Assembly: GCA_030390025.1 (NCBI GenBank)
Contig: JASTWF010000362.1
Coordinates: 1 to 64,000 of the forward strand
Length of the DNA: 64,000 bases
Origin: Squalus acanthias
Taxonomy: Eukaryota
Direction of reading: 5' to 3'
Under the pieces are notes generated by a model. The model did not search any database, was not told the origin of the DNA, and saw only the letters and a list, made by a program, of their open reading frames with translations. Below, one piece after another: positions 1-13,034 of this stretch; positions within the stretch are counted from its first letter, which is position 1; the number at the start of each line of letters is the position of its first letter. A program made the position numbers and the translations under genes.

Positions 1-170
1 CCCCTCTCTCTCTCTCTCATTCCCTCTCTCTCTCATTCCCCCTCTCTCTCTCTCATTCCCTCTCTCTCTCTCATTCCCCCCTCTCTCTCTCTCATTCCCC
101 CCTCTCTCTCTCTCTCATTCCCCCCCTCTCTCTCTCTCTCTCTCATTCCCCCTCTCTCTCTCTCTCTCTG
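1..170. repeat. Compound (TC)n microsatellite with TCATTCCC interruptions
   Basis: Seen directly; truncated by the window start. Confidence 0.95.
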
Positions 171-889
171 CCCCCAGACCCTGCCCTGGGAGCCGGCCTG
201 TCTTTGTTACTGTCCAAGATCTCTCGGTGCCCAGTTCCTGTTTGAACTGATCGCACTTATTGTGTTTACATCGGCAGGTCTGGCTTCTGTCTCCTGGATT
301 TATTTCCGTCGGGTTTGCATTCGGTCTCCCGCTGTGTAATTTAATATCTCAGTGAATAAATATTGAAATGTGACAATTTAAAAACCACACGCTTTGTCAA
401 AAAGTCCGTTTTGTAATGATGTGGAATAAGTAACTGGTGCCAGAGATCGATCAATCATTCTTGAGGTCTGAGTCATCAGTTATGATATCCTTGTTAGACT
501 TGAACCAGTACAATGGGGAAAACCGCAGGGAATTGGGCAAGGAGATTTCAATGTGGGATTATTCAGTGAGGTGCTGTGTTGGGAGTATGCACTGACGTTG
601 CCAGGAGTAATTTACAGGAGTACAGTGCTGGCTAGTCCGATATTTCACTCCCACGCCTCTGATTTAATGGGGTTGGAACTGTTTGTCTTTTTCAGTTCCA
701 CCTTTTCCCCATAATTTGCCCCAACTAACTCCAAATAGGGGGATCAAACCCTAGTCCATCCTGCCTGTGATGGTGGTAGCTTCACCTTTTCCACTCTGAC
801 TCTCTCTGTACCCTTCTTAATATTTTTCTAAATGTTTTATCTGATTCCCTCCTTATTGTCACATGGTTTGAATGGCAACTTGTGTTTTT

Positions 890-1846
890 TTTAATTCATT
901 CCTGGGATGTGGGCGTCGACGGCAATGCCAGCATTTATTGCCCACCCCTAATTGCCCTTGAGAAGGTGGTAGTGAGCCGCCTTCTTGAACCGCTGCAGTC
1001 CGTGTGGTGAAGGTACTCCCACAGTGCTGTTAGGGAGGAAGTTCCAGGATTTTGACCCAGCGACGATGAAGGAACGGCCGATATATTTCCAAGTCAGGAT
1101 GGTGTGTGACTTGGAGGGGAACTTGGAGGTGGTGGTGTTCCCGTGCGCCTGCTGCCCTTGTCCTTCTAGGTGGAAGAGGTCGCGGGTTTGGGAGGTGCTG
1201 CCGAAGAAGCCTTGGCGAGTTGCTGCAGTGCATCTTGTAGATGGTACACACTGCAGCCACGGTACACCGGTGGTGGTGGGAGTGAATGTTTAAGGTGGTG
1301 GATGGGGTGCCAATCAAGCGGGCTGCTTTGTCCTGGATGGTGTCGAGCTTCTTGAGTATTGTTGGAGCTGCAAGGAAGGAGAGTATTCCATCACACTCCT
1401 TACTTGTGCCTTGTAGATGGTGGAAAGGCTTTGGGGAGTCAGGAGATGAGACACTCGCCACAGAATACCCAGCCTCTGACCTGCTCTTGTTGCCACAGTA
1501 TTTATGTGGCTGGTCCAGTTAAGTTTCTGGTCAATGGTGACCCCCCAGGATGTTGATGGTGGGGGATTCGGCGATGGTAATGCTGTTGAATGTTAAGGGG
1601 CGGTGGTTAGACGCTCGCTTGTTGGAGATAGTCATTGCCTGGCACATGTGTGGCGCGAATGTTACCTGCCTCTTATCAGCCCAAGCCTGAATGTCGTCCA
1701 GGTCTTGTTGCATGCGGGCATGGACTGCTTCATTAGCTGTGGAGTTGCGAGTGGCGCTGAACACTGTGCAGTCATCAGCGAACATCCCCATTTCTGACCT
1801 TATGATGGAGGGCAGGTCATTGATGAAGCAGCTGAAGATGGTTGGG
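890..1846 (-). mobile_element. 5'-truncated non-LTR retrotransposon, CR1/jockey-group RT C-terminus and 3' UTR (here called LINE family B)
   Basis: Minus-strand frames give FINDLPSIIRSEMGMFADDCTVF and ...KAQVRSVMEYS. The frame is disrupted by indels. Confidence 0.85.
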
Positions 1847-2279
1847 TACTTGTGGTAGCGCCTCCTGTAGTCTAATAGCCCTTTTGGAGGGGAGCGGGCA
1901 AACTGTGACACTAAGGTCAAAATCAGAAAGGGTCTGTCCTCCAGGGGACCACCCGTTTAAGAGCAGAGTCCAGCTATTTGGAGGAAATCGAAGCTGGTTA
2001 CTCACATCGCGGCTCGCCTGGAGGCACTGAAGAAGCTGCAAAAGAGATTTACAAGGATGACGCCAGAACTGTTGGGTAGTTAGAACTGTCGGGAAGACTG
2101 AATGGGCTGGGGTTTTATTTTCATTAATCTGGCAATCATTTCCTGTTGGCTTTTGCTTCTGATTTCTGAGCACGGGTTCGTAGCCAGTGGCAGCTCGGGC
2201 TGGGAATGGGCAATGACCGCCGCCGCTGATAGTTAACCCTTGTTTAGTGAGAAACTAAAGGAGCTATGTCTGAAGGGGC

Positions 2280-3240
2280 AGCGGCTGTGTGGACACAGAA
2301 TTGGCTGAGGGGCAGAAAGCTGACAGGAGTTGGTGAACGGTTGTTTTTCAGGCCGGAGGGAAATGCACAGTGATGTCCGCCAGGTGTTGATATTAGGACC
2401 ACTGCTCTTTTTTGATATATATTAATGACTTGGACTCTGCTATATGGGGCAGCATTTCAACATTTGCAGATGACACGAAACTCGGAAATGTAGTAAACAA
2501 TGAGGAGGATAGTCGCAGACTTCAGGAGGACACAGACAGACTGGTGAAATGGGCAGACACATGGCAGATGAAATTTCACGCAGAGAAGTGTGAAGTGATT
2601 CATTTTGGGAGGAAGAATGAGGAGAGGCAATAGAAACTAAATGGTACAATTTTAAAAGGGGTGCAGGAACAGAGAGACCCGGGGGTGATTGTACACAGAT
2701 CTTTGAAGGTAGCAGGACAAGTCGAGAAGACTTTAAAGCATACGGGATCCTTGGCTTTATTAATAGAGGAATAGAGTACAAAAGCAAGGAAGTGATGCCA
2801 AATCTTTATAAAACACTGGTTCGGCCTCAGCTGGAGTATTGCGTCCAATTCTGGGCACCGCACTTTAGGAAGGATGTCAAGGCCTTGGAGAGGGTGCAGA
2901 AGAGATTTACTAGAATGGTTCCAGGGATGTGGATAGACTGGAGAAGCTGGGATTGTTCTCCTTGGAGCAGAGAAGGTTAAGGGGAGATTTGATAGAGGTG
3001 TTCAAAATCATGAAGGCTTTTGATTTGTGTAAATAAGGAGAAACTGTTTCCACTGGCAGAAGGGTCGGTAATCAGAGGACCCAGATTTAAGGTAATTGGT
3101 AAAAGAACCAGGAGGGGAGATGAGGAAAAAAGAAATACGCAGCAAGTTGTTGTGATCTGGAATGCGCTGCCTGAAAGGGCGGTGGAAGCAGATTCAATAA
3201 TAACTTTCAAAAGGGAATTGAATAAATACTTGAAGGGGAA
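2280..3240 (+). mobile_element. Degenerate CR1 LINE RT fragment
   Basis: IYINDLD..FADDTKLG, WQMKF..EKCEVIHFG and LYKTLVRPQLEYCVQFW motifs, with stops and frameshifts. Confidence 0.9.
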
Positions 3241-3244
3241 AAAT

Positions 3245-3610
3245 TCACCTCCACAACCCCCTGTGGTAGCGAGTTCCACATTCTCACCACTCTGGGTAAA
3301 GAAGTTTCTCCTGAATTCCCTATTGGATTTATTAGTGACTATCTTATATTGATGGCCTAGCACTGGTCTCCCCCACAAGTGGAAACATCTTCTCTACGTC
3401 TACCCTATCAAACACATTCATAATCTTAAAGACCTGTATAAGACCTCAGTCTTCTCATTTTCTAGAGGAAAGAGCCCCAGCCTGTTGAATCCTTCCTGAT
3501 AGTAAAAGCCTCTCAGCTCTTGTATCAACCTTGTTGATCTTTTTTGCACCTTCTCCAGTGTCACTATATCCTTTTTGTAATATGGAGACCAGAACTGTGC
3601 ACAGGACTCC
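3245..3610 (-). mobile_element. CR1 LINE 3' fragment, inverted relative to the preceding copy
   Basis: GHQYKIVTNKSNREFRRNFFTQ on the minus strand. Confidence 0.85.
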
Positions 3611-3815
3611 TTAATAATCTATATTCTCATTCTTTCAAACACTTACAAAACCCTCGGACAATTCTGTTAGTTCCCTCCGCAACCTTTCTGTGCTCTGGTG
3701 AACACTTCTGGTTTTTTTCAAGCCTAACTACATCTTCTCATCCCGGTATCGTCCCAGTAAATCTACACTGTACCCTCTCCGACATCCTTTGTATAATGGG
3801 GTGCGCTGAACTGCA

Positions 3816-5520
3816 CACGGCCCCCTGACTTGGGACACGGCCCCCTGACTTGGGACACGGCCCTCTGACTTGGGACACGGGCCTCTGACACGTGACACAG
3901 CCCTCTGACACGGCCCTCTGACACGGGACACGGCCCTTGGACACGGGCCTCGGACACGGCCCTCTGACATGGGACACGGCCCTCTGACATGGGACACGGG
4001 CCTCTGACACGGCCCTGTGACACGGGCCTCTGACACGGGACACGGCCCTGTGACACGGGCCTCTGACACGGGACACTGCCCTGTGACACGGGCCTCTGAC
4101 ACGGGACACGGCCTTCTGACACGGGCCTCTGACACAGGACACGGCCCTCTGACATGGGACACGGCCCTCTGACTCGGCCCTCTGACACGGGACACGGCCC
4201 TCGGACACGGCCCTCTGACACGGGCCTCTGACATGGGACACGGCCCTCTGACACGGCCCTCTGACATGGGACGCGGCCCTCTGACATGGGACGCGGGCCT
4301 CTGACATGGGACGCGGCCCTCTGACACGGGCCTCTGACATGGGACACGGGCCTCTGACATGGGACACGGGCCTCTGACATGGGACACGGCCCTCTGACAC
4401 GGGCCTCTGAAATGGGACACGGCCCTCTGACATGGGACACGGCCCTCTGACACGGGCCTCTGACATGGGACACGGCCCTCTGACACGGGCCTCTGACATG
4501 GGACACGGCCCTCTGACATGGGACACGGCCCTCTGACACGGGCCTCTGACATGGGACACGGCCCTCTGACACGGGACACGGCCCTCTGACACGGGCCTCT
4601 GACATGGAACACGGCCCTCTGACACGGGCCTCGGACACGGCCCTCTGACATGGGACACGGCCCTCTGACATGGGACGCGGCCCTCTGACATGGGACGTGG
4701 GCCTCTGACATGGGACGCAGCCCTCTGACACGGGCCTCTGACATGGGCCACGGGCCTCTGACATGGGACACGGCCCTCTGACACGGGCCTCTGACATGGG
4801 ACACGGCCCTCTGACATGGGCCTCTGACATGGGACACGGGCCTCTGACATGGGACACGGCCCTCTGACACGGGCCTCTGACATGGGACACGGCCCTCTGA
4901 CACGGGCCTCTGACATGGGACACGGCCCTCTGACACGGGCCTCTGACATGGGACACGGCCCTCTGACACGGGCCTCTGACATGGGACACGGCCCTCTGAC
5001 ACGGGCCTCTGACATGGGACACGGCCCTCTGACACGGGCCTCTGACATGGGACACGGCCCTCTGACACGGGCCTCTGACATGGGACACGGCCCTCTGACA
5101 CGGCCCTCTGACACGGGCCTCTGACACGGCCCTCTGACACGGGCCTCTGACACGGGCCTCTGACATGGGACACGGCCCTCTGACACGGCCCTCTGACACG
5201 GGCCTCTGACATGGGACACGGCCCTCTGACACGGGCCTCTGACATGGGACACGGCCCTCTGACACGGGCCTCTGACATGGGACACGGCCCTCTGACACGG
5301 GCCTCTGACATGGGACACGGCCCTCTGACACGGGCCTCTGACATGGGACACGGCCCTCTGACACGGGCCTCTGACATGGGACACGGCCCTCTGACACGGG
5401 CCTCTGACATGGGACACGGCCCTCTGACACGGGCCTCTGACATGGGACACGGCCCTCTGACACGGGCCTCTGACATGGGACACGGGCCTCTGACATGGGA
5501 CACGGCCCTCTGACACGGCC
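3816..5520. repeat. ~1.7 kb GC-rich modular minisatellite (12/13/20-bp modules; 33-bp higher-order unit gacatgggacacggccctctgacacgggcctct)
   Basis: Seen directly. It produces the repetitive 577-626 aa ORFs in three minus-strand frames. Confidence 0.95.
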
Positions 5521-6429
5521 CTAACCAATGTCACCACCTTGCTGTGTTGTATTTGTAAGTTACTGGGCTGACTCTCAAAAAGAGAGCTGGACCGGTCGCT
5601 GGCTGGGGCAAAGATCACATCATATAAAAGATAAGCGATTTACAAGCATGGCCCGTGTGATCTCCTAGACTGCTTTCGATCGCATGAGGGGGTCGGAGAG
5701 GAATTTTCCAGATTTATTTCCCATTTTGGCCCTGCTTTTTCTCGCCTTTCCCAGGAGATGGGGTGGGAAGTAGGAAGTATCTGGTCGTGATGCTCCAGCC
5801 ATCATGAGGTGTGGGGCAGGCTTGATGGACCAGCTGGTCTTTTCTTGCCCGTCGGTTTCGTATGTTGGCACGTCAGTTTCTTCTTTGCCTGATGGGTCGA
5901 TAATTTGTGGGACTGAACTGTAATCGGCAAGGATGCAAAGGCAGCATTTCAGCTGGTAAAACGTGTTGCTTGCGCGCCTATATTTGGGTTCCAGCACTCC
6001 TACTCTCTGACACTGTCACCGTGCCTCAGTTGGTAGCACTCTCGCCTCCCCAGTACCAGAAGTTGTGGGTTCAAGCTCTACTCCAGGACATGAGCACATC
6101 ATTGCGGCTCGTGCTGCAGTGCAGTACTGAGGGAGTGCTGCATTGTTGGCGATGCCATTCTTTGAGCGAGACCCCAGCGTCCTCGCCAGCATTCCTCCCT
6201 CAACCTGCACCTTTTTTTTTAAAGGGGGATAAAAAAAACCCTGACTGACTGTGCAGGTTATGGGATCTTTTGCTTTTGCGTTTCCGCCCCCCCCCCCCCC
6301 CCCCCCCCCCGCCCCCGGCCGCGTCAATCACTGCTCTTCAATTTAATTTCTTGCATGTTGACCATGAGAAGGATTGTTTATCAATTTGCTTTCCATTCTT
6401 TACGTCGTCGCCCCCAGAATTTTTTTTTT

Positions 6430-7391
6430 ATTCGTTCCAGGGAAGTGGGTGTCATTGGCAAGGCCAGCATTTATTGCCCATCCCTAATTGCCCTTGAGAA
6501 GGTGGTGGTGAGCCACCTTCTTGAACCGCTGCAGTCCGTGTGGTGAAGGTACTCCCAAAGTGCTGTTAGGTAGGGAGTTCCAGGATTTTGACCCAGCGAC
6601 GATGAAGGATCGGCGATACACTTCCAAGTCAAGATGGTGTGTGACTTGGAGGGGAACTTGGAGGTGGTGGTGTTCCCATGCGCCTGCTGCCCTTGTCCTT
6701 CTAGGTGGTAGACGTCACGGGTTTGGGAGGTGCTGCCGAAGAAGCCTTGGCAAGTTGCTGCAGTGCATCTTGTAGATGGTGCACACTGCAGCCATGGTAC
6801 GCCGGTGGTGGAGGGAGTGAATGTTTAAGGTGGTGGATGGGGTGCCAATCAAGCGGGCTGCTTTGTCCTGGATGGTGTCAAGCTTGTTGAGTGTTGTTGG
6901 AGCTGCACTCATCCAGGCAAGTGGAGAGTATTCCATCACACTCCTTACTTGTGCCTTGTAGATGGTGGAAAAGCTTTGGGGAGTTAGGAGGTGAGACACT
7001 CGCCACAGAGTACCCAGCCTCTGACCTGCTCTTGTTGCCACAGTATTTATGTGGCTGGTCCAGTTAAGTTTCTGCTCAATGGTGACCCCCAGGATGTTGA
7101 TGGTGGGGGATTTGGCGATGGTAATGCTGTTGAATGTCAAGGGGAGGTGGTTAGATTCTCGCTTATTGGAGATGGTCATTGCCTGGCACTTGTGTGGCGC
7201 GAATCTTACTTGCCACTTATCAGCCCAAGCCTGAACGTCGTCCAGGCCTTGCTGCATGCGGGCATGGACTGCTTCATTATCTGAGGAGCTGCGAATGGAA
7301 CTGAACACTGTGCAGTCATCAGCGAACATCCCCACTTCTGACCTTTATGATGGAGGGAAGGTCATTGATGAAGCAGCTGAAGATGGTTGGG
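6430..7391 (-). mobile_element. Second copy of LINE family B (RT C-terminus and 3' UTR)
   Basis: ORF 6715..7335 MGMFADDCTVF...WADKWQVRFAPHKC...LGVTIEQKLNWTSHI. Highly similar to 890-1846. Confidence 0.88.
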
Positions 7392-8407
7392 CCACAGGAC
7401 AAGCTGAGCGAGGATAGAAATAGCATCATAGAAATTTACGGCATAGAAGGAGGTCATTCGGGCCATCGTGTCTGTGCCGGCCGGAGATTTGCTGTCCTTT
7501 GGCCCGTCCGGCATGGGCTCAGTGACACCTGACACCACTTTTCTTTCTGGAGACTTGCCGTAAGCCAAAAGGGGAGTGGAGAATGCAGACCTCGATCCCG
7601 GTACCCCTCTCCTGCTCAGCGAGTGCTCGACCATTTTACCTCATTCCCCAGGATAAAATGGGCACTTTTTGAAAAGTATCTCGAGCTGATGAAGCGATGT
7701 GGCTTATATGTTGTTTTTGGTTTTTTTTTAAAAAAACCACGTGCATTGTACCGAATGACAGCTGCATGAAAGGAATCATTGTGCTAATCTTGTTTTGCAC
7801 GGAACAATGGCCTTTGTGCCGTGCCTGCCTGGTGGAAGAGGATGAGTCACCATGTTGATTTAGCCGACAGGGTAACCCTGGCAACGCGCATTTTAAAGAT
7901 GGCAGCCATGTTAATGAGAGATGAACGATGGGGAACACCAACGTCCTGATCTATGGGCTCGGGCCGATTCCTGCCATCGAACGCCATCAGCACTCGTGTG
8001 AACTTCACCTTTGATAGCCGACCGCCCACTGTTGTTCATTCACTGGCTGGGCCCCTGCTGGTGGATGAGGGATTTTTTAACAGACTGTCGGGTATTATTA
8101 GAGGACTCGGTGTATTGAACCTTCTAATTATCACAGTTAAAAACTTGACAGCTAAAGTGCGATGCACAATAGGAGTGTTTGCTGGGAATGCTGTTACCGT
8201 GCTTTCATATCTGATGTTCGGCACTTGTACAGATGCTTTTAAGGGGAAGCTAGGGAAAGGAATAGAGGGATATGTTGATCAGGCGAGATGAAGTAGGGTG
8301 GGAGGAGGCTCGTGCAGAGCATAAACACCGGCACGGACCAGTTGGGTCAAATGGCCTGTTTCTGTGCTGTAGACGCGACGTAACTTGTACCGTTGCATTT
8401 AAACATT

Positions 8408-8900
8408 ATTGGCCTTGGAGGGAGTGCAGCGTAGGTTTACCAGAATGATACCCGGACTCCAAGGGTTAAGTTACGAGGAGAGATTACACAAATTAGGATT
8501 GTGTTCCCTAGAATTTAGAAGGTTAAGGGGTGATCTGATCGAAGTTTTCAGGATATTAAGGGGAACTGATAGGGTAGATAGAGAGAAACTATTTCCACTG
8601 GTTGGGGATTCTAGGACTAGAGTCTAAAAATTAGAGCCAGACCTTTCAGGAGTGAAATTAGGAAACACTTCTACACACAAAGGGTGGTAGAAGTTTAGAA
8701 CTCTCTTCCGCAAATGGCAATTGATGCTCGGTCAATTGTTAATATTACATCCGAGATTGGTAGATTTTTGTTAACCGCAGGTATTAAGGGATATGGGCCA
8801 AAGGCGGGTATATGGGGTTAGATCGCAGATTAGCCATGATCACATGGAATGGCGGAACAGGCTCGAGAGGCTAAATGGCCTCCTCCTGCTCCTATGTTCA
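8408..8900 (+). mobile_element. CR1 LINE 3' fragment
   Basis: [15 protein letters not shown]...LEFRRLRGDLIEVF followed by the CR1 3' tail hairpin. Confidence 0.88.
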
Positions 8901-9769
8901 ATAAAAACTTACTATGAATCTAGGACTGGTACTAGAGTGAGCTCACCAGAGCAATGAGGCCCTGCGGGTATATCGTGTCATCGCTCCCACGTTTTTCCCC
9001 CCCTCCTCCTTTTCACACCTCCTCCCAGGCTTCCCTCACTGCGACTATGGGCCCATCTTCTACCAAGTGTGATGGTGGGTCTCTCTCTCTCTCTCTCTCT
9101 CTCACTTGAGTTTCCCCTCGCGTCCCCATTCCCTCCAGATTAGGAATGCACGTGAGTAAGGGGGGCTTGGATCCCATCGTTCTGAACTATGGAGGCTGTT
9201 TGAATATCACTGGTTTGGAAACAACGTTCTTGGGATCCCAATTACATGGAATTTCCAGCACAGAAACAGGCCATTCGGCCCAACTGGTCCGTGCCGGTGT
9301 TTATGCTCCACACCAGCCTCCGCTATCTACTTCGGAACTCCTGAGAGAGAGAGAGACTTGCATTTATATAGTGCCATGGGTATTGCTGATGCCGGTAAAG
9401 AACCTTTTCAATTACTGGGACAAGTAATCTGTAACTGCCGTCTGCAAGTGCAAAATGAAATTGCGCCGCAGTGAGATTATTTATGACTTGTGTAGGAGTA
9501 TTGAGTTGCAAGTGTGGGGCTGTGTAATCTGGAAGTCCCAGGGTATTTGAGTGACCTGTGGGCCAGCACGGTGCAAAGAATGAGCTAATGCCTTTCAGCC
9601 CAAGGAAAGTTGATCAGTTTAATCTGGCACTGAATACGACGTGTTGTAAATGTCCAGTAAATCACCATCTGTCCGAATCTACTTCTTTGGTGAGTCTCCA
9701 AGCGCAGGCCCTGGTCGGGAGAACAGCCGCTGCAGTACTTTGGGATTTATCATTTCAGGGACGTCCTTT

Positions 9770-10495
9770 GAAAAGAAAAAGAAAGACTTGCATTTCTCCA
9801 GCGCCTTTCACCACCACCGGACGTCCCAAAGCGCTTTACAGCCAATGAGGTACTTTTTTCCCAAGTATAGTCACTGTTGTAATGTAGGAAACACGGCAGC
9901 CGATTTGCGCACAGGAAGCTCCCACAAACAGCAACGAGATAATGACCAGATCATCTGTTTTTTAGTGATGTTGATTGAGAGATAAATATTGCACACCGCT
10001 TCAAGGACACCCTCAAAGCCTCCTTGGAAAAAGTGCAACATCCCCACTGACACCTGGGAATCCCTGGCCCAAGATCGCACAAAGTGGAGGAGAAGCATCC
10101 GGGAAGGCGCCGAATACCTCGAGACTCTTCGCCGGGAGCAAGTGGAAGGAGCGCACGTCAACCCAAGCACCCCACCCACCCGCCCCTTCAACCACCCGCC
10201 CCCTTCAACCACCGTCTGCCCCACCTGTGACAGAGACTGTAGGTCCCGCATTGGACTCATCAGTCACCTGAGAACTCATTTTTAATGTGGAAGCAAGTCA
10301 TCCTCGGTTCCGAGGGACTGCCTAAGAAGAAGAAGATTGGCCCAGGACACCGGGGATAACTCCCCTGCTCTTCTTCGAAATAGTGGCCGCGGGATCTTTT
10401 AACCTCCACCTGAGAGAGCAGACTTGGCCTCGGTTTAACGTCTCCTCCAAAAGACGAGAGTGGGACTTGAACCCACAACCTTCTGACTCGAGGTT
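9770..10495 (-). mobile_element. DeuSINE (SacSINE1-like), interrupted by an RTE insertion
   Basis: Matches the other copies (e.g. 15843-16315) in reverse complement on both sides of 9992-10335. Confidence 0.8.
9992..10335 (+). mobile_element. RTE-clade LINE 3' end with (AAG)n tail
   Basis: WESLAQDRTKWRRSI and C-terminal CPTCDRDCRSRIGLISHLRTH motifs, an aagaagaagaag tail, and a probable ATTG target-site duplication. Confidence 0.8.
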
Positions 10496-10779
10496 TAAAC
10501 CTTTCTGCAGCGTTGCGTTGTGCTGCCTGTGCAGAGTTTTAGTTTTAATAATAAAAAGCTGAGATGACCGGTTGTCCACATTGGGGGGGGGAGAGAGGTG
10601 GCCAATTGCAGAGCAAAGTCCCAAAACCCGATGTATAAACTCGATGCCTTTGCGAGATTTTTGCATATGGCACTTGAGGCAGTGTGGTTATCCAAGAGCT
10701 TAATAAGCTCATCACTCGGGATTAGTGCTTCATTCCTCAGAGTGATTGTGGAATCTCACAGGAGAATGTTGGTGTGTGA

Positions 10780-11225
10780 TAGAATAGAATCACACAGCAC
10801 AGAAGGAGACCATTCGGCCCATCCTGTCTGTGCCGGCTCTTTGAAAGAGCTCTCCAATCAGTCCCACTCTCTGCTCTTTCCCCACAGCCCTGCAAATGTT
10901 TCCTTTTCAAGTATTTAGCCAATTCCCTTTTGAAAGTTATTAGAGACTCTGCTTCCACCGCCCTTTCAGGCAGCGCGTTCCAGATCACAACAACTCGTTG
11001 TGTTATTTTTTTTTTTTTAAATTCTCCTCATCTGCCCCTGGCTTTATTGACAATTATTTTAAATCTGTGTCCCCCTGGTTACTGACCCTCCTGCCAGTGG
11101 AAACAGTTTCTCCTTATTTACTCTCTCTCAACCCCATATGATTTTTGAACGCCTCTAGTAAATCTCCCCTTGACCTTCTCTGCTCTAAGGGAAACAATCC
11201 CAGCTTCTCCAGTCTCTCTCGATAA
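10780..11225 (-). mobile_element. CR1 LINE 3' fragment
   Basis: IWNALPERAVEA...FKRELAKYL plus CR1 tail. Confidence 0.85.
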
Positions 11226-11715
11226 CTGATTATTATAATATTCTGCTGTTACATTCCAGTACTTCACCTCCCGCTAATTGAAATTGAGCCCCTCATGGAT
11301 TCGCTGAACCATTGCTACTGATCACTTTGGATCTCCAGTCCACTCCTATAATACACGAGATTAGACTGAAGCTGGATGGTAATAACAGTTGCTGTAATAC
11401 ATAGTTACGCTGCGACCTTATTTCCTTGAATTTATTAATCTCGGTGCTGCATCTTTTGGCGTGACATCTGTTGGCCGTGCATTGGTGCAGAATCCTGGTG
11501 AGCCTCAAAGAACCATCAAACATTTCAGTTTTAAGAACTTGTCCCGACTAAACTGCGTTGTGCAAATCTCGATTTAATCGAATCTCGTCTTATCCTTTTG
11601 TTATTAATTAACTTCTTTCACTGACTAGTTACCAGAAAGGACTGTATTCTCCTTTTCTATAAATTGGGTCGCACGCTTATTTCTCCTCCGATCTGTGGGG
11701 GGGGGGGGTGGGGTG

Positions 11716-12525
11716 AATCATAGAATGGTTTCAGCACGGAAGGAGGCCATTCTGCCCGTCGAGCCCATGCTGGCTCTCTGCAAGAGCACTTCAGCTAGTC
11801 CCACTCCCCCGCCATTTCCCCGTAGCCCTGCAAATTTTTTTCCTTCAGGTACTTACCCAATTTCCTTTTGAAAGCCACAATTGAATCTGCCTCCACCACC
11901 CTTTCAGGCAGTGCATTCCAGATCCTAACCACTCGCTGCATAAAAAAGTTTTTCCTCATGTCACCTTTGGTTCTTCTGCCCATCACCTTAAATCTGTGTC
12001 CTCTGGTTCTCGACCCTTCCGCCAATGGGAACAGTTGCTCTCTATCTACTCTGTGTAGACACCTCTTGATTTTGAACACCTCTATCAAATCTCCTCTCGA
12101 CCTTCTCTGCTCCAAGGAGAACAACCCCAGCTTCACCAGTCTATCCACGTAACTGAAGTCCCTCATCCCTGGAATCATTCTCGTAAATCTTTTCTGCACC
12201 CTCTCTAAGGCCTTCACATCCTTCCTAAAGTGCGGTGCCCAGAATTGGACACAATACTCCAGTTGAGGCCGAACCAGTGATTTATAAAGGTTCATCATAA
12301 CTTCCTTGCTTTTGTACTCCCTGCCTCTATTTATAAAGCCAAGGATTCCGTATGCTTTGTTAACCTGCCCTACCCCCAGGTCTCTGTTCCTGCACCCCCT
12401 TTAGGATTGTACCCTTTAGTTTATATTGCCTCTCCTAGTTCTTCCTACCAAAATGTATCACTTCGCACTTTTCTGTGTTAAATTTCATCTGCCGCGTGTC
12501 GGCCCATTCCACCAGCCTGTCTATG
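11716..12525 (-). mobile_element. CR1 LINE 3' fragment
   Basis: ORF 11795..12298 LYKSLVRPQLEYCVQFWAPHFRKDV...WNALPERVVEA. Confidence 0.92.
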
Positions 12526-13034
12526 AAGTACTGGAATGTAATAGCTTCTCTTCACTTCATATTTCGCCAGGCTTCTGCCTGCCCAGGGTTGCTGGGACTG
12601 AGTGTCGGAAGTGAGTTGGTGCGTGGGCAAACTCACGGTGGCGATGGGGGATTTTGCGAAAGTGCTTGGCTTGGGTGGGGTGCAGGTCTTTGATTTGAGA
12701 CGATCCAGTGGGAATCCAAGACCAGGTGGCTGATTTTGAGCCTTCCTCCCTCCAAGCTGCAATTATCTCATTGAACTTGAATTCTGCCCACACGAAGTGA
12801 TCTGACCAGAGGGGCCTGAAGACTGATGAAACACTGAAGTCAGGGATGAGGGTGAGGGAGAGAGGAGGGAATGTAAATGTTGGCAATCTGTCATAAAAAT
12901 AGAAAATGCTCAACAACCAAAAAAAACATAGCAGCTCCGTCTGCACCTGAGAAGCTAGGCCGGGTTCCAGCTTCGGCCTGTTTATATCCGTCAGTCTTTT
13001 GGGGATCTAGCAGTGATGTCGGTGTCTCCCATCA

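Noticed and set aside
3728..5618. 577-626 aa ORFs in three minus-strand frames
   Set aside because: They are translations of a stop-free minisatellite, with no splice or domain evidence.
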